NCBI RefSeq assembly: GCF_006345805.1
Contig: NC_042998.1
Location: 139,376,001 to 139,440,000, forward strand
Reading direction: 5' to 3'
DNA: 64,000 nt
Source: Octopus sinensis
Lineage: Eukaryota
The notes beneath the pieces were generated by a model. That model searched no databases. It saw only the letters and a program-made list of their open reading frames with translations, and was not told where the DNA came from. The position numbers and the translations under genes were made by a program. Shown here piece by piece: positions 38,298 through 51,649 of this stretch. Each line of letters begins with the position of its first letter. Position 1 is the stretch's first letter.

Positions 38298-40531
38298 AGT
38301 TAACAGTAACTTTAAGCTAAATAAGCATAAGGTCACACAAAATTTTGGTATTGCCACAAACAAGTGCAGCATGAATAATGCATGTAAAAACAGGCCACAC
38401 ACAAAGCTACCTGTGGTCATGCAGTGAACCAAACTGAAGGTCACAGGAAGTGTGTGTGTGTGTGTGTGTCTCACTCCTTGTTTTGACATTGTGTGTAAAT
38501 GAGCATCACTGTCACACAAGCATTCATTTCCAAGCTTCCATAAAAACATGTCTGGCTATGGGAAAATACTACTTTGCTTGTAAACAGGTATGGGTTGGTG
38601 ACAGGAAGAGCATCCAACTGTAGAAAAGCTGCTTTAAGAAACTTGCACTTTCTTCCACTCTTTCTTGTTTATGACACAGTGAGATTCTTCATTTCAGCTT
38701 TAAAGTCACTTCCCTCAATACTACAATCCCTTATTTGAGGGGGTCTTGTTTTGCAAGTTACCTGGTAATCTCACTGGTGCTGTTGCCAAATAAAAAACCC
38801 CCAGTACACTTTGTAAAATGGTTGGCATTAGGAAGAGCATCCAGTCATTGAAACCATGCCAAATCAGATGTTAGAGCTTGGCACAGTCTTCTAGCTCGTC
38901 AGCTCCTGCCAAACTGTCCAACTATGCCAGTATGGAAAATAAATAGAAAACATTAACCAATGATCATGATAATGAAATGATGAGCTTCCTGGAATGAAGA
39001 GATATACACTATCACATGCATACATACACATACATAAAATAGAAGCACATACTCATATCCTTAAGTACACACACATACACACACACACATATGTCAATGA
39101 AATAAACACTCTTATCCATACATATGCAAACATACACCAACATATATTCAAGCATCAATTCACATACATAGTCACAAATCCATCTGACAGTCATGACTTT
39201 GTTTTTACTTAATGACCAGCTTGAATTCTGAGATGAGAATTTTATTTAAATATATCTCAAAAATGCATACATTATGAATACGTAACGAAGCAGAAATATG
39301 ACCAAATTGCATATAAACATACAAGTATGTATATACACGCATATTAATATAAAGAGATGGGGAAGAGAGAGAAATGTGCATACAGACATTTAAACATCTG
39401 CATATATACCTATCTCTCTTTCTCTCTATATATATATATCTGTGTGCAGCCCTGTGTGGCTAATAAAGAAACATATATATATATATATATATACTTTTAT
39501 ATACACACACATATACATATGAACACATGCATATTATATACATGTATGTATATACATAATGTGTGTGTATATATATACATACATGAATGTATTTATATAC
39601 ACAAACATGCATTCAAATATAAGAACATACATGTGCACACACACACATGTACATACATCAATGATTATATATATATATATTTATATGTAGCCACTAAAAA
39701 AATGCATATACACACACACACACACACACATATACATAGCTGTTAAAATGTGTTATTCCATTAATATATGCCACACAACATTTCACAACTCATCAGTAAC
39801 TTATGTTATTTCATCTGTTAGGTACAGAATCCTGAAATCTAACCTCACCACATCTCATATAGTTTTTTTTTTTCTCTCACTTCTTCCAGTATGACTTCCT
39901 CCTATCAGTACCCACCACTTTTTCATAAAACATCCCCCGCCCTTACATTCCTCAGCCAAACCCCATATTACCCAGTCACCCTTATTTCAATTATGCTCTT
40001 GTCTTTCATACAAGTTAATCTAACACACTCAATGCACCTTTACTCATTTTGCTTCAATCCCCATAGATCTTACATTCAATCTCTAGTCTTGATTGAATAA
40101 ACTTATGATCAAGGAATGACCATCTTGTATGTAGAACTGAGTAGTGTATATACATACATGCGTATACATAAACATACATACATATGTGCATATACACATC
40201 ATGAGGATTTTAATATCTATCCACACATATGTAGGTATATAAACACACGAGTATATATATATATACACATGCATGTACACACTGATGATTATATATATCT
40301 ACCTATTATATAATCTTTTACTTGTTTCAGTCATTAGACTGTAGCCTTGTTGGGGTACCAACTTGAAGAATTTAGGCAAACGAATTGACCCTAGTACTTT
40401 TTGTCAAACCTTGTGTTTATTCTATTATACTCTTTTGTCAAATAATTAAGCTACAGGGACATAAACACACAAACAACAATTGTCAAGTGGTGGTGGTGGT
40501 GATGGTGGTACTGGACAAACACAAAGACATG

Positions 40532-40573
<42 letters not shown>

Positions 40574-41320
40574 CAGACTTTCAGTTTCAGTCTAGCAAAT
40601 CCACACTTGCTCAAGGAGCCACACAGTGGGATTGAACCCAGAGCCATGGGGTTGAGAAGCAAACTGGTTACCACAGAGCTATGCCGACACAGAAATATAC
40701 ACACACACGGATACAAGTATGTCTAAGACTATATACACTTTCTTATGTTAGAATGGTATTTGAAGGATATTTGGCTGCTATTTATAACAGACCCTATGAG
40801 ATTGTAGGAGCACACTCATAGCCCATATTATTTTTATTGTTTAGCCCCCGGTCAATCCTGATCATGTAGATCTAGGATAAAGGGCATTCAATCCATGACC
40901 ATCCTGATTTTTTTTTCCAGCTAATCAGGCATGGTCTTTTGATCAAGACAGCTGTTTTGCAACTACATGGTTTCAGGTTTAATCCCATAATGCAACACCT
41001 TGGCAAATGTCTTCTACTATACACCCTGGGGCCAAACAATGACATGTAAGTGAATAATGTAGACAGAAATTACATAAAACCTCTCATGAATGTATATGCA
41101 TGAATTCATATCTACATGTATATGGCTCTCAACACCTGAGAACCCTTGGTTTATTTACATCCTCATAACCTAGCAGTTTGGCAAAAATAAACTAATTTAA
41201 TATGTAGCAGACTTTAAAAAATAAGTACTGGGAGTTCGATTTGACTCAATCCTTCAAGGTGGCGTCCCAGCAGAGCAGGAATTCAATGGGTTAAATTAGT
41301 AAAAAGACTATAAGAATATA

Positions 41321-42585
41321 TCAGGTCATTAAGAATGAAAAGTCCGATTTCTAATACACTAAATTTGACAGTTGTTAACTCTAATGTTTTATCCTGACAA
41401 TTCTTTGTTTTACAATATTGAAGAATTACATCACTTTTTGAAATGCAATTCATAGTATCTGATTACATTGTGAGCTTTCTCTTGTAAATCAATTTTCATG
41501 AACCCATGGATAGATCAAAAATTTGTGTTGTTTATGAATGAGTTCTGTCATGGAACCAATGCATCTCAGACAGCTCAAAACATCAATGAGGTGTTTGGTG
41601 AAGATGTGGTGAATGAGTGCACTGTACATCAATGGTTTGAGAATTTCCGGTCTGGTGACTTTACTCTTGAAAATCAGCCCCATGGTAGACTTGAAATCAA
41701 GGTGGATAATGGTGTCCTGGAAACTGTAGTAGAATTGAATATATCTCAAATTATGCGTGAGTTAGCAGCAAGGTTTGAGGTTTCAATTCCAACTGTATTG
41801 GTCCATCTGAAACAAATTGGCAAGGTAAAGAAGCTGGACAAGTGGGTACCACACGAACTGAATGAGCATCAAATGACACATCATCTTGAAACTTGTTGTT
41901 CTTTGCTGTCACAACATAAAAGCAAACCATTTTTGCATTGTATTGTTACAAGTAATGAAAAATGGATTCTTTTCAACAATAGCAAGCATTCTGCATGGTA
42001 GTTGGGTAGAGACGAAGTGCCAAACCACAATCCAAATAAGAATATTCACCAAAAAAAGCTAATGGTGTCTCTTTGGCGGTTCAGTGCTGGTGCTATCTAC
42101 TACAGCTTCATGAAACCCGGTAAGTTAGTTACAGCAGATGTATACATCAACCAATTGGATGAAATGATGAGTGAACTTGCAATTAAACAACCGAGATTGG
42201 TCAACAGAGACAGGCCAATTTCCTTGCAAGACAATGCTTGACCACATGTTGCACAAAAAAGGTTATTCAAGTTACAGGAACTGAACTTCGAAGTACTGTC
42301 ATCCACCATATTCACCAGATCTTGTACCAATTGACTATCATGCTTTTCAGACAACATTTTGCAAGGAAAAATTTCAAATCTGAAGAAGATGCAAAAACAG
42401 CTTTCGTGATTTCATCACCTCTTGCTCTCCAGAATTTTTCGCTGCTGGCATAAATAAGCTACCAATAAAATGGCAAAACTGTGTTGATAATTTAGGTGCA
42501 TACTTTGATTAACTGCATTGCTTTTTGAGATAAAGTAAAATAAACTTTCAGCTCAAAATCAGACATTTCATTCTTAATGACCTGA
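41321..42585 (+). mobile_element. Mariner transposon (Hsmar1/cecropia-like motifs), full length, transposase inactivated
   Basis: TIRs tcaggtcattaagaatgaaaagtccgattt / aaaatcagacatttcattcttaatgacctga with TA on both sides. ORF pieces QWFENFRSGDFTLE, WVPHELNE, TSNEKWILF, YYSFMKPG and QDNA*PHV; two in-frame stops and a frameshift. Confidence 0.93.
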
Positions 42586-45451
42586 TATATAAGTCTACAT
42601 TACTGAATACATGTTTCTTTTTAAGAAGACAGTAGGACAGAATTTGAGGAAGAACTGACTAGTATGTCTAGCAAGTTATATAGCTGCATAAAGGCTCTCT
42701 TGTCAATTAACCTATGTTTATATTTCACAACTATGCCACATCACAATTCTTACCTAAATTAATTTAAGATAACACAACCAAATTAGTGATGGGAATGAAA
42801 GTAGCAGTAATGCACTTTCTATAGCACGGAACAAATGGAAGCAGTTTAAAGCACTGTTCTCTTTCCTACAGTACTAATGGACATAAAAGCTGAGAGAGAG
42901 AGAATCTGCTGTAAATAAAGAGTAATGTACACACTTAGACATGAAAGCAAGTCTCAATATAACTATATCTAAAAAGAGGTGAGATAGGAATTGCACAACT
43001 ACGAACTGGCACTTTGTCAGTTACACCAACAAGGGTTCAGTTGATCAAATCAACAGAACAGCTTGCTCGTGAAATTGATATGCAAGTGGCTGAGCACTCC
43101 GCAGACACACACATGCTTGATGTAGTTCTCAGAGAGAATCAGCATGACACAGAATGACACAAGGCTGGCCCTTTGAAATACAGGTACTACTCATTTTTGC
43201 CAGCTGAATGGACTGGAGCAATGTGAAATAAAGCATTTTGCTCAAGAACATAACACACCACCAGGTATTAAACTTGCGACCTTACGCTTGTGAGCTGAAT
43301 ACCCTAACCACTAAGCCATATACCTTCATAACTATTTATATAGTGATTTAATGGATGAAATAAAGCAATGACCAAAGGGTTATGAAGGAATCACTAAGTA
43401 GATTTACACTGGATATTCATTTATTGGTATAAAAAAATTTTTAATGTTCCGAGCATAGATAACTCTTAGATGACATCCTCACAGGAAAACAATAATGAAG
43501 TTAGTGTAATTTTGTGTATGGTAAGGTGCATGCTTTGCTGAAGAGGTTTAGTAAGGCAAAAATATGGCACAAGTTTACCATATTTACTGAAAACATTGGT
43601 CAATGACAGACATGTTAGTTTTACTTCACTACATTTTTTTCAATGCTTTTTTTTTTTAGGCCTTTTCTGTGGAACTGTTAATACTGCTCCTTTTTCATAT
43701 AGATGTTAATAATGCTCCTTTTTCATGCAGAAGTCTCACCACATGGCACCTTGCATAAATGTCTTCTACTACAGTCTCAAGCCAACTAAAGTGGATTTGC
43801 TAAACAGAAACTGAAAGAAGCCTATCGTGTATATGTATATATCATCATCAACATTTAACATCCGTTTTCAATTGTGGCATGGGTTGAATGGCTTCACAGG
43901 ACCCAGCAAGCTGTAAGGCCACATCAAGCTCTGATGTCAGTTTTAGTATGGTTTCTACAGTTGCATTCCCTTCCTAATGTCAACTACTTTACAGAATATA
44001 CTGGATGCTTTTTTGTGACACCAGTTCTTGTGAGGTTGCTAAACAACTTGCAAGGCAAGGAAAGAAAAGAACAAGAAGAAAGGAAAATGGAGATAAGAAA
44101 AGAACAAAAAGGAAAAAGCCTCATTGAAGAATGTGGTGAGGTAATATTTGAGAGCAATGATTCCAAACCAAGTGTAAGTGTATGTATGTGTTCTACTGAT
44201 ATCATGTGACTGTTGTAAATGAATGTCATTCAATTCCAATATTCTGCAAAAACATGTTGGCTATAGGGAGAAACCTTACTTTGCTTGGAAACAGGTAAGG
44301 ATTGGTGATAGGTTGGAGATCCAGTCATAGGAAATCTGTCTCAATAAACTCCATCCAACCCATGTAAGCATGGAAAAGTGGACATTAAAACAATGACGAT
44401 GGTGACTGATGGTCTTGATGAAATGAAGAGAGAAAATCCTGCAATGTGATGATGCAGGAAGTGGGGATATTTTTACACACTTGAGTAAAGTAATTTACAT
44501 TTTCATTGACCTAGAGTAAAAGTAGGTCCCGAATCTAACTAAAATAAAATCCAATAAGAAAACATCTGCTACAAGGATACAAATACACTAACATGTAATG
44601 TGTAAAAAAAAACCATGTAAATCATGCTGTCATGGAAGAATATAAAATGATAAAATATAAAAGAGTAATAGCAGGCTTTCCACACCACAACGAAAGACAG
44701 AGAGCATAAGTAATGTTATGGTAGGTAATTAACAAATCTATTCATGGGCGCCTAAATGAGAAGGAATACCTCTGAAGTTAAAACAAACAATTATTAGCAT
44801 AAGTTTCTACAAAAATGATGAAACACAAACATTTTAAAATTACATGTACAATGTCACAATTGTAAGCAGCATATGGTGAGAAACACAACCATAATATTTA
44901 TAAACTACAGCCAGTGATTTGAGTTAACCATGTTAGGTTTATGTAAACCACATAAAACATTGGAGCCAACAAAAGAGCCTTTAAGTGGTCAACCGACTTA
45001 CTAGAAACAGTAAGCAAATTTCTCTTAACCCTTTTAATATGAATCTGTCTGAGACTGCCTCTGGTTCCATAATACAAACTCATTCTTGAGTTACTCCTAT
45101 GCCTTCTGTCTATCGGCTCAGTTTGAAGAATCTATCTTGCAATACTTTCCTGCAACATTCCAGCTACATAGGTGTTAATTTAGATCATTTTAAAACAAGG
45201 AAGTTTGCTCATACAAAAAGAATAGTAAATAAAATAATGAAAATGGATGGTCAAAGCTGAAATCTCTTTTAACCCTAGGTCTGCTCAAATAGGAATGACC
45301 TGATGCTAATTAATGAACAAGATATCATAGGAAGTTTGGGATCCAGTCTTACATGACACCTTGGATAAGTGTGTGCCACTATAACCCTGGGGTCAACCAA
45401 AGCCCTGTGAGTGGATTTGGTAAATAAATATATGGATTTAAGTTTAGTGCC

Positions 45452-45791
45452 TAAGTGACACGAGCAAGCGTGTAAGTGGCGTGAGCATGTGTGTAAGTGG
45501 CGTGAGCATGTGCGTAAGTGGCGTGAGCATGTGCGTATGTGGCATGAGCATGTGCGTAAGTGGCGTGAGCATGTGCGTAAGTGCGTGAGCATGTGCGTAA
45601 GTGGTGTGAGCATGTGCGTAAGTGGCGTGAGCATGTGCGTAAGTGGCGTGAGCATGTGCGTAAGTGGCGTGAGCATGTGCGTAAGTGGCGTGAGCATGTG
45701 CGTAAGTGGCGTGAGCATGTGCGTAAGTGGCGTGAGCATGTGCGTAAGTGGCGTGAGCATGTGTGTAAGTGGCGTGAGCATGTGTGTAAGT
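45452..45791. repeat. 21 bp minisatellite (taagtggcgtgagcatgtgcg), about 16 units, inside a SINE
   Basis: Direct reading; the period of 21 is confirmed by 7-aa repeats in the ORF track. The flanks are SINE family-1 core and body. Confidence 0.95.
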
Positions 45792-46209
45792 GTCTCATCT
45801 TGATATTGTGCAACAGACATAAATGAGTGTCACTGTCATACAAGCAGTGTCATTCACTTCCAATGTTCTGCAATAACATGTCTAGCCACAGGGAAAATAC
45901 AATAAAGCAAAAAACAAAAAAGAGAACAGAAGAGATAAAAGAGAAAAATGAAAAGCGAGCCAAAGAAATCATGAATGTATTGGCAACACCAAACCATTAG
46001 AATTAAGTATTGCTATTATAATTTAATAGAAACATGAACAAGCCTATAACAGCATTGCTAATGTAGCAAGAAATTATTTAAGAGAACCAATACAAACATC
46101 ATGGAAATGGTTTTAATCATGAATATAGAAAATAAAATGGAAGAGGGTTGTGATGGAAGAAAGAAATTGGTAACAGAAGACATAATACTATGGAAGAATT
46201 AAATGGTTA

Positions 46210-46580
46210 ATCATCATCAACATTCTTTTTTTAACATCCACTTTTCCATATTTGCATACATTAGATAGAATTCATTGAGGTAGATTTTCTACAGCCAGAT
46301 GTCCTACATGCAACCAACCCTCAACTGTTTCCAAACAAGGTAATATTTTCCCATGGCTAGATAGGTTTTTGTTGAAGACTGGAAACAAATGATATAGCTT
46401 GTATGATGATAGCTTTTGTTTAAAACTATCCTGTAATATCAAGACAAGGTGACATGCGCACACACACACACAGGGCTTTTCTTAGCTTCTGTCTAGCAAA
46501 TCTGGGGCCCAGATTTGCCCAAGGTGCCATTCAGTGGGACTGAACCCAAAACTATGAAGCTGGGAAGCCATGCCTGCACC
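46210..46580 (-). mobile_element. SINE family 1 with RTE-like tail
   Basis: catcatcaacattc...ttaacatccacttttccat tail through the head reverse complement ...gggaagccatgcctgcacc. Confidence 0.75.
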
Positions 46581-46654
46581 TGGTTAATTGCAGCACTAGG
46601 ACTGACCAATGTCTTGTAAATGGAATTGGTAGCCAGAAGCTCTGTGGAAGCCCA

Positions 46655-46726
<72 letters not shown>

Positions 46727-46924
46727 CATATATGTAGTTTCAGGTTCGGCCCTACTGTGGAGTTCTTGGATCAAGAGGCTGCTAAGGCTCTGGGCCAACC
46801 AATGCTTTGTAAGCAGAAATATGAAATGAAAACTATGGAAGTTTCATTTTGTGTGTGCAGGAGATACATGTATGTGTGTGGTGTGTGTATGGTGTGCATG
46901 TATGCAAATGTTGACACTCTAGGA

Positions 46925-47172
46925 TAGTGATTCTCAACCACTTCTTACCTATGGAACACTTTGATTCCTATTTTACTCAGGAGGACCTTCATAGACATTT
47001 TGATGTTTAAACAATCTTATATTTTCATAATTAAATATTGTTAAACTATTTTGAGTATTGTAGAAGTACAACCAATTTATTGCACATAAATTTTAACAAT
47101 AAAATCTTATATGGACCCCAAAGGTCATTTGGGTCCCTAAGGGTTATATGGACTCCTGGTTGAGAACCAGTG
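46925..47172. mobile_element. hAT (Charlie-type) MITE, 248 bp
   Basis: TIRs tagtgattctcaacc / ggttgagaaccagtg; 8 bp TSD ctctagga / ccctaggg with the central CTAG typical of Charlie targets. Confidence 0.85.
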
Positions 47173-47657
47173 CCCTAGGGATTTAGTTATCTGAGCAAAA
47201 CAGTGATATGGCAGCTACATTCCTTCTGAACATTATTATGACTGATTACTCTGTACCTTCAAAAACCAGTGGAATTAAATTCCTTTGAAAACAGCTAAGG
47301 ATCAACAACAGGAAGGGCATCTGGTCAAGTTTTTTCTACTACTGCTTTGTGTGGATCAGCATGGAAACATGTTGCAAGAGTAAGTGTGTATATGTGTCTG
47401 CATGAAGGTTGCTTCTTGCATAAGAATGTCAGAGCAAATAAACAGTGTTGTCGTGTTTACGATCCTGGCGAAGGTTACACCTCATAGCTCTCCACTCTTA
47501 AAGTAGCAGAATAAAAAAAAAAAAACATCCCTAACAGGTAAGAACTGGCAATACAAGAAGCATCTGGCTGTTAAAATACTACTTGATACAAGCACCTACC
47601 TAACCTATACCAGCACAGAAAGATACAAAAAGCAACTAAAGTACACACACACACATA

Positions 47658-47715
<58 letters not shown>

Positions 47716-48780
47716 ATATCAAATAACATTAAGTTGCTAGACAAAAATCAGTAAACATTTCTCATCTATATTATATTACATAAGGGATATCCCAGCTGCT
47801 TACCAGTCAAAACAAGGTCAGCATTTTGTTTACAATACACATATCAATAAATATTGTTTATATAATTACATATAATGAAATCGTTATTATTCATCTAAAT
47901 ATATATCTTTATTGCAGTGTTACCAAATACTAAGATTATACATACATACACACACACACAAACAATTTTTTTTTATCCATTTGACAGGTCATTTTCTTTC
48001 TGCTATTGATTTTAATTTTAGAAAAGAAGGAATCAGTTTTCAATATAAGCCTTAGCATGAATGATTCAAATCTTTACAATGTATTGTATGTTATTTCTTT
48101 CTCCATCCTCATCATCTCTAGACCTGTTTCAATACGGTTACAATCTCTAGTGAATTTAAGTCAAGGTTACATTGTTCAAAGTTATGAGTAAACCTTGAAC
48201 AGACAGATAAAAATAAATGAAATAGAGCAGAGATATAAGCTTGATCATCATGTCGAATGCACACTCAGTGAAGTTTTTTTCCCCCCAGTGAAAAACAGAT
48301 ATATACATTTATATTTTATTGATTTCAGTCATGTTGGAGTATACAGACTTCAAGGAATTTAGTCAATCACACAATCTGACATACATTTTAATGATCATCC
48401 ACACAACCATAGAAACACACACACATTCACGAGCTTCTGCACAGTTTCCGTCTACCAATTTCAACAAGGTATTGATCAATCTATAGCTATAGCAGAAAAC
48501 ACTTGCTTAAGATGCCACACAGTAGGGTCGAACCCGGAACCACGTGGTTACGAAGTAAACTTCTTAACCACACAGCCTTTCTATGGGTGTGCTTGTGTTC
48601 ATGTGAATGTAGATGCGTATGTACTCGCGTAAAAACCATCCACATACATAATTTTATATTTTCTAGCAAGTTTTTAAAGTTTTATGGATCTTCATCATAT
48701 TAACTATAAAACTGTACGATTTTGCTAAATTTGCAGAGTTTTAAATGTTCTAAACTGATTCTGAAGATTGCGTCTCCCTA

Positions 48781-48845
48781 ATTAAATTGGTTATACATTG
48801 CCATTGGTTAAGCCAGGCTCCGACTGACGTCAAATTTCTCACGGC
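48781..48845 (-). promoter_or_regulatory. Promoter-like module: two CCAAT boxes, CRE and CSL site
   Basis: ATTGG at 48,786 and 48,803, TGACGTCA at 48,825-48,832 and TTCTCACG at 48,836-48,843, located at the edge of the CpG-retaining domain. Confidence 0.45.
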
Positions 48846-49180
48846 TAGCAGATGTAAAGTATTGAGCGTGGGCAGTAGCAAAGCAAGGTTTCTCAACGCC
48901 ACTCTTCTACCTTAATTATCAGGAATCATAGGCGAGGGAGAAAACTTGGCACCCCTTAACACCTGCACTAGAGGACGACTGTCCTTCCTCTCTCCGTCTT
49001 GCTGTCTCATGATCTGTCTTTAGTATGGGAATAGTCTACATAAATGTTCATACAGAGCCTGCCTATTATTTGCAGTCTTAATTGCACCATAACAATAATG
49101 TCCGAAAACTGTGAATGCTTAAACAGAAAATAACGGAGATCGTGTTTGTACCCGTACCGTTTGTTATTATTATCATTATT

Positions 49181-49586
49181 AAGGGGACGAGCTGGCAGAG
49201 ACGCTAATACGCCGGTCAAAATGCTTAGCGGTATTTCGTCCGTCTTTACGTTCCGAGTTTAAATTCCACTGAGATCGACTTTGCCTTTCATCCATTCGAG
49301 GTCGATAAAAATAAGTACCAGTTGAGCAATGGGGTCAATGCAATTCCCTTCTACTTGTGCCAAAATTTGAAACCCCTTATTATTATTATTATTATTATTT
49401 AAGGGGCAGACTGGCAGAATAAGCGCGTCGAAGAAAATTCATCGCGGCTCTTTACATTCTGAGTTCAAATATTGCCACAGTCGACTTCGCCTTTCATCCT
49501 TTCGGGGGGTCGATGAAATAGATACTAGTTGAACACCGGAGACTTAGCACCTCCTCGCAAAATTCCAGGCGTCGTACCTGGAAAGG
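49181..49586 (+). mobile_element. Tandem pair of family-2 SINEs with CpGs retained
   Basis: aaggggacgagctggcag...cttagcggtatttcgtccg...gatcgactttgcctttcatcc and aaggggcagactggcag...gtcgacttcgcctttcatcc, separated by (ATT)n. Confidence 0.85.
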
Positions 49587-51566
49587 ATTTTTTTTTTTTA
49601 AAACGTTGCTGTATAATTTTAAATATTATGCGGACAGCTTATTAAAACATACTGAATTACCAAAATACACACAAGTCACCAAAATAAGACTAAAAGATTA
49701 ATCTAATAAAAGTGACACAGCTATGAATTTCAGTACAGAGGAACTCGTTCTATGCACCTACAATTCGTCCCTGACATTAAAAAAGGATGTTCTCTAGCCC
49801 CCTCTATTAAGCTTACGTGAAAAACAAATCCAAATTAAACATGAAAGACACACATAATGAAAAGGAACCCAACAGTTCATCCAAGCACCTTTAATTAATT
49901 AAGAAATCATTTCCCACACAACGAAGAGAAACTTAAATTACGTGAAAGATGCATTAACATCCTGTTAAAAGCACAACATATTTGACAGCCTCCAAATGAA
50001 TAACAAAACCGTAAAAAAAAAAAAACTATTTACTGCTAGATAAAGAAGACGTAAATACGCAGGCTACACAATATTAAGCTCAAGATCGATGTCAGCTCGG
50101 TGTATTGTTTAAAATATTAGCTGTAGCCGCCCACTCACTCAATTCATATAAAAATGACAAACAGGACCTAAGCCAAACCATATATATTTCGTGGGTGCAA
50201 CGTTACCCAGAACGAAATGGAGCAGGAAAAATTGACTCAAACTCGAGCAGTGACCATTACTATGTACAATAACGGAAATATTATTTCTCCGGAATAATAA
50301 ACGCTATTTTTCCTCTGGATATGTATTACAGTACATTACTATATAAGCTTAGTTTTTAAAATGGACAATGTACAAAAATGAGGAACGATTATAACCGCAT
50401 ATGATTCTTTTATTCCCTTTCTCTCATAAGTACTTAACCAGGAAAGAAAAAAAAAGCACCTTGTACTTGTGGGGGTGTTAACAAAAAAAGGAATACAAAT
50501 GTAACGAAGGATCCGAGCGAACTTTCTGGAAAGTGTATCATCAACATCACCAAGCGGGCAGATTTCGCAGGCTGGTTCCCTGACTCATCCCCTACTTACA
50601 TGTGGATGTGTGCACGGAAGCATATGCACATATAATTAAGATATATATATGCATGTTTATTATTAATTAAACATTACAAAATGATCGATCGACAAGATTA
50701 ACGTGCAGGCCGAGTTATTAACGGAAATGATCGCAATAAAATAGAGAAAATTTCCGAGATAAAAAAAAAAAGGATCCCCGCTTCCTTTCCGAAAAAGGTG
50801 TTACTCTTCTTCCAACCCCTGTCGTTTATTCACTTCGACGACACTGGATAGACAATTAATTGCAATGACGAGGAAAAGATTTGAATTAATTATTAAAAAT
50901 ACCCAATGTAGAAAGAAAAAACAGGCTGTGCGTTTTCATTTTGCTTGTGTTTAATTATATGATGATAAATGTCAAAGAAGAACTGCAGACGAAATTTTAA
51001 CAATGAATCTGAAATGACTGTCAGATGTCGTTAGTTTCTTGTTGAAGAGATGCGATTCTAAGAGAAAAAGCGATGGAAATAATTAACGTAACCATATTGA
51101 ATCATTATTATTATTAATATCAATGTCTGTGTCTAATACGTCTATCTATCGTTAAAGCTGATGATTCACTTCGTCATAACTCCGAGTTTCTCGCTGTTGC
51201 CAGTTCCATTCTGATTAAACGTCGGTACAAAAGTGAGAAACTTGGAGTAGCAACATAGTAAATCGTAAGATTCGAATGAACGAACTATCAGATTTGAGTA
51301 CTCTGACTCCCGTTTGTACAACGTGCGTATGAGTGCTGATTGCATATATCCCTGGGTTTAGATACGCAATAGCGTGCATGCATTAAGGTAAACAAGCAAT
51401 ACACACGAAAATATACGGTTGTCAGTTCATTCAAGCTGAACAAGAGTAAGAAACTTGGAGTAACAACATAATGAATCATTAGCTTCAACCGAACAAACTA
51501 CTATACTTGAGCATTCTACCCCCTGTTTGTACAGTGTATGTGTGTGTATATATAGAGAGAAAGAGA

Positions 51567-51649
<83 letters not shown>

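Noticed and set aside
38285-38316. Mini-exon with ATG GGT AAT GCA G|GTAAGA (myristoylation-like MGNA)
   Set aside because: The frame continues directly into a Tigger-like HTH, so this is the transposase start rather than a host exon.
42754-42889. 136 nt exon-like segment with good acceptor and donor
   Set aside because: All three frames are closed; at most a non-coding exon, and unsupported.
45275-45843. Four overlapping ORFs with 7-aa repeats (MLTPLTH, REHVRKW etc.)
   Set aside because: Artefact of a stop-free 21 bp minisatellite; open on both strands.
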